DNA from: an uncultured Bacilli bacterium
Lineage (GTDB): Bacteria; Bacillota_I; Bacilli_A; RF39; UBA660
Reading direction: 5' to 3'
DNA length: 64,000 nucleotides
Assembly (NCBI GenBank): GCA_947623925.1
Contig: CANQID010000001.1
Span: forward strand, 4,047-68,046
Positions 9,315-18,805 of the stretch are shown piece after piece. Under the pieces are notes generated by a model. It did not search any database. It was given only the letters and a program-made list of their open reading frames with translations, and was not told the DNA's origin. A program made the translations under genes and the position numbers. Every line of letters starts with the position of its first letter. Positions within the stretch are counted from its first letter, which is position 1.

Positions 9315-10172
9315 ATGTTTAATAAAATATTAGAAGTTCAAAATATAAAAGTTAATGTTACAAAACTAAATGATAATGATTATATTTGTATTTCTGATTT
9401 TGGTAAATATAAAGAAGGAAAATCAAAATCTGATGATATCATACGCAATTGGTTAAGAAATCGGATAACTTTAGAGTTTTTAGGTACTTGGGAATCAATT
9501 TATAATCCAAATTTTAATTCCGTCGAATTCGACGGGTTTAGAAAAAATGCTGGTCTTCATACTTTTACACTTAGTGTAACTGAATGGTGTGAAAAAACTA
9601 ATGCTATTGGTATTTATTCTAAGCGTGGAAAATATGGTGGAACTTACGCACACAAAGATATTGCTTTTGAATTTGCATCTGCTATAAGTCCAGTATTTAA
9701 ATTATATTTAATAAAAGAATTTGAAAGATTAAAAGAAATAGAAAATCAAAATAGAGAATGGGATGTAAAAAGAATACTTACAAAGAATAATTATTTAATT
9801 CATACGGATGCTATAAAAAGATATATATTACCAGATAATGATTATTTTAAAAATAGAGAATGGCTAAAATATGCTGAAGAAGCTGATATTTTAAATGTTG
9901 TATTATTTCATACGACAGCAAAAGCATGGAGAGAACTTAATCCTAATTTAGCAAAAAACTCTAATATTAGAGACTATGCTTCCATTAATGAATTAACAGT
10001 ATTATCAAATCTTGAGTCACATAATGCAGAATTAATTAAAGAAGGGAAAAGTAAAGAAGAAAGATTTGATATATTAAGTGTTATTGCGAAATATCAATTA
10101 AATATACTTAATGATGCTGAAGAAATCAAATTATTAAAAGAAAGTAAAAATTGTGGTGATAAAAATGAATGA
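9315..10172 (+). CDS. KilA-N domain protein
   Basis: N-terminal region matches the KilA-N fold signature (...ICISDFGKY..., RNWLRNRITLEFLGTWE, GGTYAHKDIAFEFASAISPVFKLY). Start at ATG 9315 after RBS AGGAGG. The ORF-track start 9294 is a TTG upstream of the RBS. Confidence 0.65.
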   Translation: MFNKILEVQNIKVNVTKLNDNDYICISDFGKYKEGKSKSDDIIRNWLRNRITLEFLGTWESIYNPNFNSVEFDGFRKNAGLHTFTLSVTEWCEKTNAIGIYSKRGKYGGTYAHKDIAFEFASAISPVFKLYLIKEFERLKEIENQNREWDVKRILTKNNYLIHTDAIKRYILPDNDYFKNREWLKYAEEADILNVVLFHTTAKAWRELNPNLAKNSNIRDYASINELTVLSNLESHNAELIKEGKSKEERFDILSVIAKYQLNILNDAEEIKLLKESKNCGDKNE

Positions 10173-11037
10173 AAATAAAACAAATATCAACTGGTATCCT
10201 GGACACATGGCAAAAACTAAAAGATTGATTACAGAAAATATAGAAAAAATTGATATAGTTTATGAAGTAATAGACTCAAGAATCCCATATTCTTCAAAAA
10301 TTAAAGACATTGATACATTTATTAAAAATAAACCAAAAATTTTAGTAATGACTAAATCAGATTTATGTGATATTATTGAAACTAGTAAATGGATTAAGTA
10401 TTATGAGAAATTAGGATATAAAGTAATTCTTTTAGATTTAGAAAATAATCCAAATATGAAACAATTACTAAATATAACAAAACAAACAATGAATGAAATA
10501 AATGAAAAAAGAATTTCAAAAGGTATGATACCTAGAAAAGCTAGGGTACTTGTTGTTGGAATACCAAATAGTGGAAAATCAACACTTATAAATAGATTAG
10601 TAGGTAAAAAGGTAGTTAATACAGGAAACAGACCGGGAATTACAAAAGAATTAGGTTGGATAAGAATAAGTGAGGATATTGAATTATTAGACACTCCAGG
10701 AATATTATGGCCTAAATTAGATGAGCAAAAAGTTGCTTATAATTTGGCTAGTTTAACAGCTATAAAAGAAGAAATTTTGCCTATATATGATGTTGCTGAA
10801 TATATATTAAATACTTTGTATAAGTTTTATCCTGATATACTTGAAAATAGATATAAATTAAAAAAAGTAGATGAAGATATAATTGTTGATTTAGAACATA
10901 TAGGGAAAATAAGGGGATGTTTAATAAAAGGTGGAGAAATAGATTATGATAAAGCAGTACATATTATTATAAATGACATAAAAGAAGGCTTAATTAAAAA
11001 TATTACTTTTGATAGGATAGAAGATTATGGATTTTAA
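10165..11037 (+). CDS. rbgA: ribosome biogenesis GTPase A (YlqF/RbgA)
   Basis: NINWYPGHMAKTKR...IDIVYEVIDSRIPYSS... and circularly permuted GTPase motifs (GIPNSGKSTLINRL, DTPG). Confidence 0.85.
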   Translation: MNENKTNINWYPGHMAKTKRLITENIEKIDIVYEVIDSRIPYSSKIKDIDTFIKNKPKILVMTKSDLCDIIETSKWIKYYEKLGYKVILLDLENNPNMKQLLNITKQTMNEINEKRISKGMIPRKARVLVVGIPNSGKSTLINRLVGKKVVNTGNRPGITKELGWIRISEDIELLDTPGILWPKLDEQKVAYNLASLTAIKEEILPIYDVAEYILNTLYKFYPDILENRYKLKKVDEDIIVDLEHIGKIRGCLIKGGEIDYDKAVHIIINDIKEGLIKNITFDRIEDYGF

Positions 11038-11404
11038 AACATTAAATGTATTATCTTTAGCTTATGTAGGAGATGCAGTATATGAAATATATGTAAGAAG
11101 GTATTTAATACAACAAAAAATAGTTAAAGTTGATTTATTACAAAAAGAAGCGGTAAAATATGTAAGTGCAAAAAAACAATCTGAATTTTTAAAAAAATTA
11201 TTACAATTAAATTTCTTTAATTCTGAAGAATTAAATATAATTTCAAGGGCACGCAACCATAAAGGAAATAGACACCCTAAAAATACGGATATAGTAACAT
11301 ATAAATATTCAACAGGATTAGAAGCAATAATTGGATACTTATATTTGAATAATAACTTTGATAGAATTGATGAAATAATGAACTATATTTTGGAGGTAAA
11401 ATAA
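11027..11404 (+). CDS. mrnC: Mini-ribonuclease 3 (Mini-III, YazC/MrnC)
   Basis: LAYVGDAVYEIYVRRYL plus the RNase III-like catalytic region. Gene order mrnC-rlmB-sigH matches Firmicutes. Confidence 0.75.
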   Translation: MDFKTLNVLSLAYVGDAVYEIYVRRYLIQQKIVKVDLLQKEAVKYVSAKKQSEFLKKLLQLNFFNSEELNIISRARNHKGNRHPKNTDIVTYKYSTGLEAIIGYLYLNNNFDRIDEIMNYILEVK

Positions 11405-11406
11405 AT

Positions 11407-12102
11407 ATGTATGTATATGGAAAAAATGTAGTAAAAGAAGTGTTACAAAAAAAGAAAGATATAAGGCAAGCATATATTTATAAAAATTTTAGTGATAAGT
11501 CAATATTAGAAAAATTAAAAGGTACAAACATAAAATATTTAGATAAACATGAATTAGACAAAATTATAAAAGATAACCATCAAGGAATTATATTAGATAT
11601 AGATGATTATCAATATTGTGATGTAGATGAATTTATTAAAAGTAATAATTCAACAGTAATTATTTTAGATCATATAACAGATCCGCATAATTTTGGCGCA
11701 ATAATAAGAACTTGTGAGGCTGCTGGAATAGATGGAATAATAATACCAAAAGATAGAAGTGTTTTAGTTAATTCAACAGTAATAAAAGTTTCAACAGGTG
11801 CAATTGAAAATGTTAAAATATCAAAAGTTACAAATTTAGTAAATACTATAAAATATTTAAAAGAAAATGGCTTTTGGATTGTAGGAACTGATATGAAAGG
11901 AACACCATATACAAAATTAGATTATAATGGAAAAATTGCAGTAGTAATAGGAAATGAGGGAGAAGGTATGAGTAGATTGATAAAAGAAAATTGTGATTTT
12001 GTTGCTTCTATTCCTATGATAGGAAAAACAAACAGTCTCAATGCTTCCGTAGCGGCTGGTATAATAATATATGAAGTGGTAAGGCAAAAAAATGAAATAT
12101 AG
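11407..12102 (+). CDS. rlmB: 23S rRNA (guanosine-2'-O)-methyltransferase RlmB/YacO (SpoU/TrmH family)
   Basis: SpoU motifs DHITDPHNFGAIIRTCEAAG, VVIGNEGEGMS and SLNASVAAGIIIYE. Confidence 0.8.
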   Translation: MYVYGKNVVKEVLQKKKDIRQAYIYKNFSDKSILEKLKGTNIKYLDKHELDKIIKDNHQGIILDIDDYQYCDVDEFIKSNNSTVIILDHITDPHNFGAIIRTCEAAGIDGIIIPKDRSVLVNSTVIKVSTGAIENVKISKVTNLVNTIKYLKENGFWIVGTDMKGTPYTKLDYNGKIAVVIGNEGEGMSRLIKENCDFVASIPMIGKTNSLNASVAAGIIIYEVVRQKNEI

Positions 12103-12703
12103 TGACTATAACGATTATGAATTATTAAACTATATTTCTGAAAATAATGAGGAAGCTAATGAAATATTGTTTGAAAAATATAAGCCACTAATTGTAAATA
12201 TTTCAAATAAAATGTATAAATATTGTCAGAATAGAGGTTTAGAACTTAACGATTTAATACAAGAAGGAATGCTAGGATTAAATCTTGCATTAAAAAATTA
12301 TGATCAAGATAAAGAAGCAAGTTTTTATACATATGCTAAAAAATGTATAGAAAGAAAAATAATAAGTTTAGTAGTAAGTACATCCAGATTAAAACATAAG
12401 CCTTTAAATGATTCCGTTTCATTTGAAATAAAGTTAAATGATGATGATACTTTTGAAAGAGTAATAGAAGATAATAGTTATAATCCTGAAGAAATGATTG
12501 TAGTTAGTGAAACTGAAAATGAAATAATAAAAAAGGCACATGAAATACTTACTGATTTAGAGAAGCAAGTTTTTGATTTAAAGTTAAGTGGATTTAATTA
12601 TAAAGAAATTGCAACTATTCTTGATAAAGAACCTAAGACTATAGATAATGCAATACAAAGGATTAAAAATAAAATAAAATCTACAATTTTAAATAGTAAT
12701 TAA
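12092..12703 (+). CDS. sigH: RNA polymerase sigma-H factor
   Basis: Sigma-70 regions 2 and 4 (DLIQEGMLGL..., FYTYAKKCIERKI..., LKLSGFNYKEIATIL). Position matches Bacillus/Clostridium sigH. Confidence 0.8.
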   Translation: MKYSDYNDYELLNYISENNEEANEILFEKYKPLIVNISNKMYKYCQNRGLELNDLIQEGMLGLNLALKNYDQDKEASFYTYAKKCIERKIISLVVSTSRLKHKPLNDSVSFEIKLNDDDTFERVIEDNSYNPEEMIVVSETENEIIKKAHEILTDLEKQVFDLKLSGFNYKEIATILDKEPKTIDNAIQRIKNKIKSTILNSN

Positions 12704-12837
12704 GATAAAAGTACTAAAACTTTTATTTTTTTTCAAAAAAATGTTTTATTTTGTGAAAAAGTTTGTTATAATAATACTGTTATAATAAGTGAGTGTGTAT
12801 AATCACATATTTAAAAGAATGTAAAGGGGAATAGAAA

Positions 12838-13827
12838 ATGAATGAAAATGTAGAAACTCTAGATTTAGAAACAAATGAAAAACCTATAATGAATGACATT
12901 GATGAAAATGAATATTCTGATGATTTCTTTGAATCAAAAGAAGCAGAACAATTACCAGATGAAGAATGGCATACTGATGATTCACTTTTAAATGTTTCAC
13001 CAGAACCAGAACAAAATTTGACTTCTACTGACTATGTTGAACCAGTAGAACAACAAGTTTCTGAATATACTGATGATTCAGAAATAGAATCACCTGTTGT
13101 TACAGAAGAGGTGGCTTCATTAGAGCCAGAAGAAAGTAATGATTTTATTTCACTTGAAAATGATGAACAAAATAATGAAGATAATAGTGATTTTGATGCT
13201 TATTTTGACAGTTTATATGAAGATGTTGAAGGTGCAAATAATTTAATCTCAGAAATTATAGAAAAGAAAAAAACTATAAAAGAAAACGAAGATAATATAA
13301 ATCAAATAAAAGAAACTTTATCAAAGGATAGAGAAGACTTTGAAAAATACATGGAATCACAAAAAGAAAGCTTAGAATTGGAACGTAAACAATTTGAAGA
13401 ATATACAAGATTACAAAAAGTTCGTCTAGAAGAAGAGGAACAAGAATTAAAATCAGATATTGAAGTTAAAAATAGAGAATTAAAATTAAAACAAGATTCA
13501 TTAAAAATTGAACGTGAAAAATTAGAAGCTGATAAACAACAATTTAATAAATATAAAGAAACAGAAGAATCAAAATTATCAAATGAAAAAGAGAAACTTT
13601 CAAATGAACAAGCACAATTAGAAAAAGATACATTACTTAGTCTTCAAACAATTCAAAATGAAAAGAGAGATTTAGAAACAGCTAAAGAACACTTTGCTCA
13701 GCAAAAAGAAGCAGAAGAAAAAAAATTAGCTTTCGAAAAGGAAAATCTAGCTCAGTCATGTGCAAAATTCAAACAATTAGTATCTCAATTTAATAGTAGC
13801 TTTGAAAAATTGCCAGAAAATAATTAA
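12838..13827 (+). CDS. hypothetical acidic coiled-coil protein
   Basis: 329-aa product with a D/E-rich disordered N-terminus (~140 aa) and a long E/K heptad coiled coil. No enzymatic motifs. Confidence 0.5.
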   Translation: MNENVETLDLETNEKPIMNDIDENEYSDDFFESKEAEQLPDEEWHTDDSLLNVSPEPEQNLTSTDYVEPVEQQVSEYTDDSEIESPVVTEEVASLEPEESNDFISLENDEQNNEDNSDFDAYFDSLYEDVEGANNLISEIIEKKKTIKENEDNINQIKETLSKDREDFEKYMESQKESLELERKQFEEYTRLQKVRLEEEEQELKSDIEVKNRELKLKQDSLKIEREKLEADKQQFNKYKETEESKLSNEKEKLSNEQAQLEKDTLLSLQTIQNEKRDLETAKEHFAQQKEAEEKKLAFEKENLAQSCAKFKQLVSQFNSSFEKLPENN

Positions 13828-13838
13828 GAGCGTAATTA

Positions 13839-14492
13839 GTGGCTAGTGTTAAAACGAATGATACTAATGAAGTGAAAAAAAAGGATTCACAAAATAAAAA
13901 AGAAGATTTAGAAAAAGAAAGCAATGATTTAGAAGAAGCATTAAAAGGTTCAAATGTTAATATTAAAAATTTAGAAGAATTGTATAAGCAAAATTTACTT
14001 TTAAAACAACAAATTGACAGAGATAAAGTGATTTTAAAAAAAGCAAGAGAAAATTTCAAATTAGAAATAAGTCAAAAATATAGAGAATTTGATCAATATA
14101 GAAATGATATGAATTCAATAATAGAAAAAAGTAAGAAAGAACTTTCTACAGAATATGATCAATTATCAAAAGAACAAGATGAATTAGAAAAAAGTAAAAA
14201 GAAATTTGAAACACTTAAAAAAAAGCAACAAACAAGTTTTAAATTGAAAATGGAAAAACAGCAATCATTATTAGATACAAAAAAAAGTGAACTTGAGACA
14301 ATTGAACTTAATCTAAAATTGAAAAAAGAACAAATAGAATCACTTAGAAAAAAATTAGAATTTGATATAAAAGAATTTGATAATCAAAAAAAGCAATTAA
14401 CAAATAATTTAAATAGATTTAATTCATTAGTTTCTTCAATAGGAAAAGGAATGGATAGAATAAGTGAAAAAAATTCTAAAAGTAATGATTAA
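13839..14492 (+). CDS. hypothetical coiled-coil protein (GTG start)
   Basis: 217-aa K/E-rich coiled coil, 11 nt downstream of the previous gene. There is no in-frame ATG near the 5' end, so the start is GTG. Confidence 0.45.
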   Translation: MASVKTNDTNEVKKKDSQNKKEDLEKESNDLEEALKGSNVNIKNLEELYKQNLLLKQQIDRDKVILKKARENFKLEISQKYREFDQYRNDMNSIIEKSKKELSTEYDQLSKEQDELEKSKKKFETLKKKQQTSFKLKMEKQQSLLDTKKSELETIELNLKLKKEQIESLRKKLEFDIKEFDNQKKQLTNNLNRFNSLVSSIGKGMDRISEKNSKSND

Positions 14493-14506
14493 ATTTTAAT
14501 TGCTAA

Positions 14507-14535
14507 TTGACATATTAATACCTTTGTGTTACAAT
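14507..14535 (+). promoter_or_regulatory. consensus sigma-A promoter (TTGACA-17-TACAAT) for secE-nusG
   Basis: TTGACA at 14507-14512 and TACAAT at 14530-14535 with an exact 17-nt spacer. Confidence 0.6.
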
Positions 14536-14597
14536 TTAATTGCACGAAGGTGTTTTTATTTTGCATAAAAAACATATTATTAAAAGAAGGAGTTATT

Positions 14598-14903
14598 ATG
14601 GTGAAAAAAGAAGAAAATAAAACAGAAAAGGAAAAGAAAAAATCAATTGAACAAAATAAAAGCAATAAAAAGGATAATATAAAAAGTTCTACTAAGAAAA
14701 AAGCGACAAAGCCTAAAAAAGAAAAACAACAAAAAAACCATTTTATGAAAGATGTAAAAAACGAATTAAAAAAAGTAAGATGGCCATTAAAAAAAGAAAT
14801 GATAACATATAGTATAGCGACACTTGTATTTATAATTATACTTGGACTATTTTTTGTTGCAACCGACCTTATAATTGCTGGAATAAGGATGGTGTTCGTT
14901 TAA
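14598..14903 (+). CDS. secE: preprotein translocase subunit SecE
   Basis: K-rich N-terminus, the conserved KDVKNELKKVRWP, then a single TM helix. RBS AAGGAGT precedes the start. The ORF-track start 14526 overlaps the promoter. Confidence 0.8.
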   Translation: MVKKEENKTEKEKKKSIEQNKSNKKDNIKSSTKKKATKPKKEKQQKNHFMKDVKNELKKVRWPLKKEMITYSIATLVFIIILGLFFVATDLIIAGIRMVFV

Positions 14904-15436
14904 TGGAAAAAGAATGGTATGTAGTAAATACTTATTCTGGACACGAAAATAAAGTAAAAGAGAAATTAGAAATGCGTGCTAGTTCAATGGGTATGGAGGA
15001 TTATATATTTAGAGTAGTTGTTCCAGAACAAAAAGAAATTGAAGTAAAAGATGGCGTTTCAAAAACAAAAACAAAGAAAATGTTCCCAGGTTATATACTT
15101 GTTGAAATGATAATGACTGACGAAGCATGGTTTGTAGTTCGTAATACACCAGGAGTAACAGGATTTATAGGCTCATCTGGTAAAGGCGCTAAACCTTTCC
15201 CATTAACTCCACAAGAAGTTGATAAAATATTACACTCAATGGGAATGAGTAGAATTGATATTGGAAATGACTTAAATATTGATGACATGGTTAAAGTAAA
15301 TGAAGGACCTTTTTCAGGTATGTTTGGAAAAATTAAGAGTATTGATATTCCAAATAATAAGGTTGAGGTTTTACTAGATTTATTTGGTCAAGAGACAACG
15401 GTTGAACTAGAAATTACTGAAATTTCAAAAAGTTAA
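14903..15436 (+). CDS. nusG: transcription termination/antitermination factor NusG
   Basis: WYVVNTYSGHENKV..., the NGN domain (FPGYILVEM) and the KOW domain (VKVNEGPFSGMFGKI). Confidence 0.9.
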   Translation: MEKEWYVVNTYSGHENKVKEKLEMRASSMGMEDYIFRVVVPEQKEIEVKDGVSKTKTKKMFPGYILVEMIMTDEAWFVVRNTPGVTGFIGSSGKGAKPFPLTPQEVDKILHSMGMSRIDIGNDLNIDDMVKVNEGPFSGMFGKIKSIDIPNNKVEVLLDLFGQETTVELEITEISKS

Positions 15437-15589
15437 ATCAATATTTTTAAAAATAAATATTTACAAAATATTTAAAATATGTTATTATCATATTGCTATA
15501 TTTTGTCAAATATAGAGCAAGTGGGAGATTTTTCTTAAGCGTATATCATTATTACCACACGCGAAAAAAAATTATAGGAGGTGTTTTTC

Positions 15590-16015
15590 GTGGCAAAGCA
15601 AGTAACTAAAAAAATAAAATTACAAATACCTGCAGGTAAAGCAACACCAGCTCCACCAGTCGGAACTGTTTTAGGACCAGCAGGAATTAATTTACAAGAA
15701 TTTTGTACAAAATATAATGACGCAACTAAAGATAAAATGGGAGATATTCTACCAGTAGAAATCTCTGTTTATGAGGATAGAACTTTTGATTTTGTAGTTA
15801 AAACTCCACCAGCTGCATTTTTACTTAAAAAAGCTGCTAAAATTAAGTCAGGTTCTTCTAAAGGATCTAAGGAAACAGTTGCTACAATAACAAAAGAACA
15901 ATTAAAAGAAATAGCCGAAATTAAATTGCCAGATTTAAATGCATATACTGTAGAAGATGCTATGAAGCAGATCGAAGGTACTGCACGTAATATGGGAATT
16001 CAAATTTCTGAATAA
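15590..16015 (+). CDS. rplK: 50S ribosomal protein L11 (GTG start)
   Basis: [34 protein letters not shown]... RBS AGGAGG is 8 nt upstream of GTG 15590. Confidence 0.9.
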   Translation: MAKQVTKKIKLQIPAGKATPAPPVGTVLGPAGINLQEFCTKYNDATKDKMGDILPVEISVYEDRTFDFVVKTPPAAFLLKKAAKIKSGSSKGSKETVATITKEQLKEIAEIKLPDLNAYTVEDAMKQIEGTARNMGIQISE

Positions 16016-16095
16016 TTAGAAATTCCTAAGTGGGAGGAAAAACCGCTAATACGCTTAATAAAAAATAAAGTGTTAAACCACATAAGGAGGTAAAT

Positions 16096-16791
16096 ATGAA
16101 AAAAAGTAAAAAATATGTAGAAGCTAGCAAAAAAGTTGAAAAGTCAAAAACTTATACATTAGAAGAAGCTGTTAAATTAGTAAAAGAAACATCATTTACA
16201 AAATTTGATTCTTCAGTTGAACTTGCTATTCGTCTAAACTTAGACACTAAAAAAGCAGATCAACAATTAAGAGGAGCAACAGTTCTTCCAAATGGAACTG
16301 GAAAAATTAAAAGAGTATTAGTTTTAGCTAAAGGAGATAATGCTACTGCTGCTAAAGAAGCAGGTGCTGATTATGTTGGAGATACTGATTTAATTGAAAA
16401 AATATCAAAAGAAAATTGGTTTGAATTTGATGTTATGATTGCAACTCCAGATATGATGCCAGCTTTAGGTAAAATTGGTAGAGTTTTAGGACCAAAGGGA
16501 TTAATGCCAAACCCTAAAACAGGAACAGTTACAACTGATACTAAAAGAGCAGTAGAGGATGTTAAAAAAGGTCGTATTGAATATCGTACTGATACATATG
16601 GAAATGTACAAGTTATTGTTGGAAAAGTAAGTTTTGATGAAAAAGCATTAATAGAAAATATTAAATCATTCGTTTCATTAATATTAAAAGCAAAACCTTC
16701 AACAGTAAAAGGAACATATGTAAAAAATATTTCTATATCATCAACAATGGGACCTGGAATAAAAATTGATATAAATAGTTTTGACAATTAG
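16096..16791 (+). CDS. rplA: 50S ribosomal protein L1
   Basis: Canonical L1 sequence ([14 protein letters not shown]...[22 protein letters not shown]). Confidence 0.95.
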   Translation: MKKSKKYVEASKKVEKSKTYTLEEAVKLVKETSFTKFDSSVELAIRLNLDTKKADQQLRGATVLPNGTGKIKRVLVLAKGDNATAAKEAGADYVGDTDLIEKISKENWFEFDVMIATPDMMPALGKIGRVLGPKGLMPNPKTGTVTTDTKRAVEDVKKGRIEYRTDTYGNVQVIVGKVSFDEKALIENIKSFVSLILKAKPSTVKGTYVKNISISSTMGPGIKIDINSFDN

Positions 16792-16809
16792 AAAATAATA
16801 TGTTACAAT
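16781..16809 (+). promoter_or_regulatory. consensus sigma-A promoter (TTGACA-17-TACAAT) for rplJ-rplL
   Basis: TTGACA at 16781-16786 (inside the rplA 3' end) and TACAAT at 16804-16809. Confidence 0.55.
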
Positions 16810-16957
16810 TAATTTGTTTTGAAAAGTTTATTAGTACCGTAGACAGTAGGAGCTATAAATGCTTAATATTTCCTACCGAGGACTTAAGTTGTTTTTAAGG
16901 CCTTACTGTTTACGTAAGGCTTTTTATTACTTATTAATTAAATAAGGAGGTGTCTTG
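16810..16957 (+). ncRNA. ribosomal protein L10 (rplJ) leader, putative autoregulatory structure with attenuator hairpin
   Basis: ~150-nt structured 5' leader including hairpin GCCTTAC tgtttac GTAAGGC followed by TTTTTATT. It sits upstream of rplJ, as the L10 leader does in Firmicutes. Confidence 0.45.
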
Positions 16958-17446
16958 ATGGCAAATGTAAAAATTCTTGAAAAAAAGCAATCAATAATTG
17001 ATGAAATTGCTACAAAAATAAAAGAATCTTCATCAGTTGTAGTATTTGAATATCAAGGATTAACAGTTACAGAAACAAATGAATTAAGAAGAAAATTACG
17101 TGAAACTAATTCAGAGTTTAAAGTTTATAAAAATACTTTAGCAACTAGAGCATTAGATTCACTAAAAATTGATTTAGGAGTTTTAGAAGGTCCTAAGGCT
17201 ATGGCTTTTGGAACTGATACAGTTGCACCAATTAAAGCACTAAATGATTTTGCAAAAAATCATCCTGCTTTAGAAATGAAAATTGGTATAGTAGATGGTG
17301 AAGTAGCAGATATAAATACACTTAAAAAACTTGCTTCAATACCTTCAAGAGAAACATTACTTACAATGTTTGCTGCTGGACTAATGAGCTCTGTTCGTGA
17401 TTTTGCAATCTGTCTAGATTTACATAGACAAAATTTAGAAAAATAA
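16958..17446 (+). CDS. rplJ: 50S ribosomal protein L10
   Basis: [18 protein letters not shown]... Start is ATG 16958 after RBS AAGGAGG. Confidence 0.9.
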   Translation: MANVKILEKKQSIIDEIATKIKESSSVVVFEYQGLTVTETNELRRKLRETNSEFKVYKNTLATRALDSLKIDLGVLEGPKAMAFGTDTVAPIKALNDFAKNHPALEMKIGIVDGEVADINTLKKLASIPSRETLLTMFAAGLMSSVRDFAICLDLHRQNLEK

Positions 17447-17460
17447 AGGAGGAAAATAAA

Positions 17461-17832
17461 ATGGCAAAATTAAGTACAAAAGAAATTATTGATTCAATAA
17501 AAGAAATGACAATTTTAGAAGTTAATGAATTAGTAGATGCAATGAAAGAGGAATTTGGAGTAGATCCAAGTGCAGTAGCTGTAGCTGCTCCTGTAGCAGG
17601 TGCTGCTGTTGCTGAAGAAGGACCAAGCTCTGTTGATATTGTATTAACAGCTGCTGGTGCTAACAAAATTGCTGTTATCAAATTAGTTAGAGATATTACT
17701 GGATTAGGATTAAAAGAAGCTAAAGATATTGCTGATAACGGTGGTGTTGTTAAAGAAAAAGTATCTACTGATGAAGCTAATGAACTTAAAGCTAAATTTG
17801 AAGAAGCTGGAGCTTCAGTTGAATTAAAATAA
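17461..17832 (+). CDS. rplL: 50S ribosomal protein L7/L12
   Basis: [25 protein letters not shown]..., an Ala-rich hinge, and the C-terminus [12 protein letters not shown]...GASVELK. Confidence 0.95.
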   Translation: MAKLSTKEIIDSIKEMTILEVNELVDAMKEEFGVDPSAVAVAAPVAGAAVAEEGPSSVDIVLTAAGANKIAVIKLVRDITGLGLKEAKDIADNGGVVKEKVSTDEANELKAKFEEAGASVELK

Positions 17833-17910
17833 TTAAAATTGATAGGTAGCCTGTACTAATGTTTTAGTATGGGCTTTAACCATTTAAAAAACTATATTTA
17901 GGAGTAATAT

Positions 17911-18123
17911 ATGAATTTAATTGAACAGTATAGGTATATACAATTAAAGCATAAAAAAAATAAATTAACTTTGATGAGTAATAAATTATATGAAGTTTTA
18001 TCTTACAATAACAATTTTGAAAATGAAAGTGAAGTTATTTATTCACCTGATTATTCATATGAATTATCAAAAAAAATATTAAAATTACAAAATAAAATAA
18101 ATATATTACAAAAGAGGAATTGA
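17911..18123 (+). CDS. small hypothetical protein (70 aa)
   Basis: RBS AGGAG 8 nt upstream. It overlaps the next gene by 4 nt. No homology recognised, and it could be spurious. Confidence 0.25.
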   Translation: MNLIEQYRYIQLKHKKNKLTLMSNKLYEVLSYNNNFENESEVIYSPDYSYELSKKILKLQNKINILQKRN

Positions 18124-18124
18124 A

Positions 18125-18709
18125 ATGTCTCATTATTTTACTAATGACAAAATTAAAAGTAATAAAAAAATATACTGCACAAATATATGTGGAATAAATA
18201 TAAAATTATATACAGATAATGGAGTTTTTTCAAAAAGTAAGTTAGATTTTGGGACTAGAACATTACTTGAAAATTTAGAAATTCAAAATTTAAAAGGTAA
18301 CATACTAGATTTTGGTTGTGGTATAGGTCCGATTGGAATATATTTGTCATTAAAATTAAATAAAGAAATAGATATGATAGATATAAATAAAAGAAGTATT
18401 AGTCTTGCTAAAGAAAACTCTATTTTAAATAGTGCAAAAACTAATATATTTGAAAGTAACATATATGAAAACGTAAATAAGAAATATGATTTTATAATAA
18501 GCAATCCTCCAATAAGAGTAGGAAATGATGTATTATATAAAATATTATTTGAAGCAAAAGAACACCTTACAAAAAATGGTGAACTTTGGATAGTTGTGAA
18601 CAAAGATCAAGGTGCAAAAACAATAACAAAAAAATTAGAACAATTTTATATAGTAACAATAGTTAAAAAAAATAAAGGTTTTTATGTTATTAGATGTATA
18701 AATCATTGA
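18125..18709 (+). CDS. class I SAM-dependent methyltransferase (RsmC/YbxB-like small-domain MTase)
   Basis: LDFGCGIGPIGIYLS (motif I) and FIISNPPIR (NPPY-like motif). Position between rplL and rpoB matches B. subtilis ybxB. Confidence 0.8.
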   Translation: MSHYFTNDKIKSNKKIYCTNICGINIKLYTDNGVFSKSKLDFGTRTLLENLEIQNLKGNILDFGCGIGPIGIYLSLKLNKEIDMIDINKRSISLAKENSILNSAKTNIFESNIYENVNKKYDFIISNPPIRVGNDVLYKILFEAKEHLTKNGELWIVVNKDQGAKTITKKLEQFYIVTIVKKNKGFYVIRCINH

Positions 18710-18805
18710 CAGATTGAACTTGATTTGGTACAATTATAAATTGGTGGCATATACTTTTTCTTAAGTATGTGCATTAAATATTATTATAGTTATAGGGGTG
18801 AAATA

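Noticed and set aside
12704-12837. Possible rpmG (L33) gene between sigH and the coiled-coil genes, or between 14493 and 14597
   Set aside because: Both gaps are too short (134 nt and 105 nt) for a ~150-nt L33 ORF with RBS. No zinc-ribbon CxxC...CxxC peptide is found in any frame. rpmG appears genuinely absent from this locus.
17833-17910. Partial terminator/attenuator between rplL and the methyltransferase (GCCTGTACTAA...TTAGTATGGGC)
   Set aside because: The hairpin is imperfect and is not followed by a U-tract. It may be an attenuator, but the evidence is too weak to call a feature.
18710-18805. Promoter for rpoB (TTGAAC ... TACAAT/TATAAA)
   Set aside because: Spacer lengths (9 or 15 nt) do not fit a canonical sigma-A promoter. 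Read-through from the upstream operon is the more likely arrangement.
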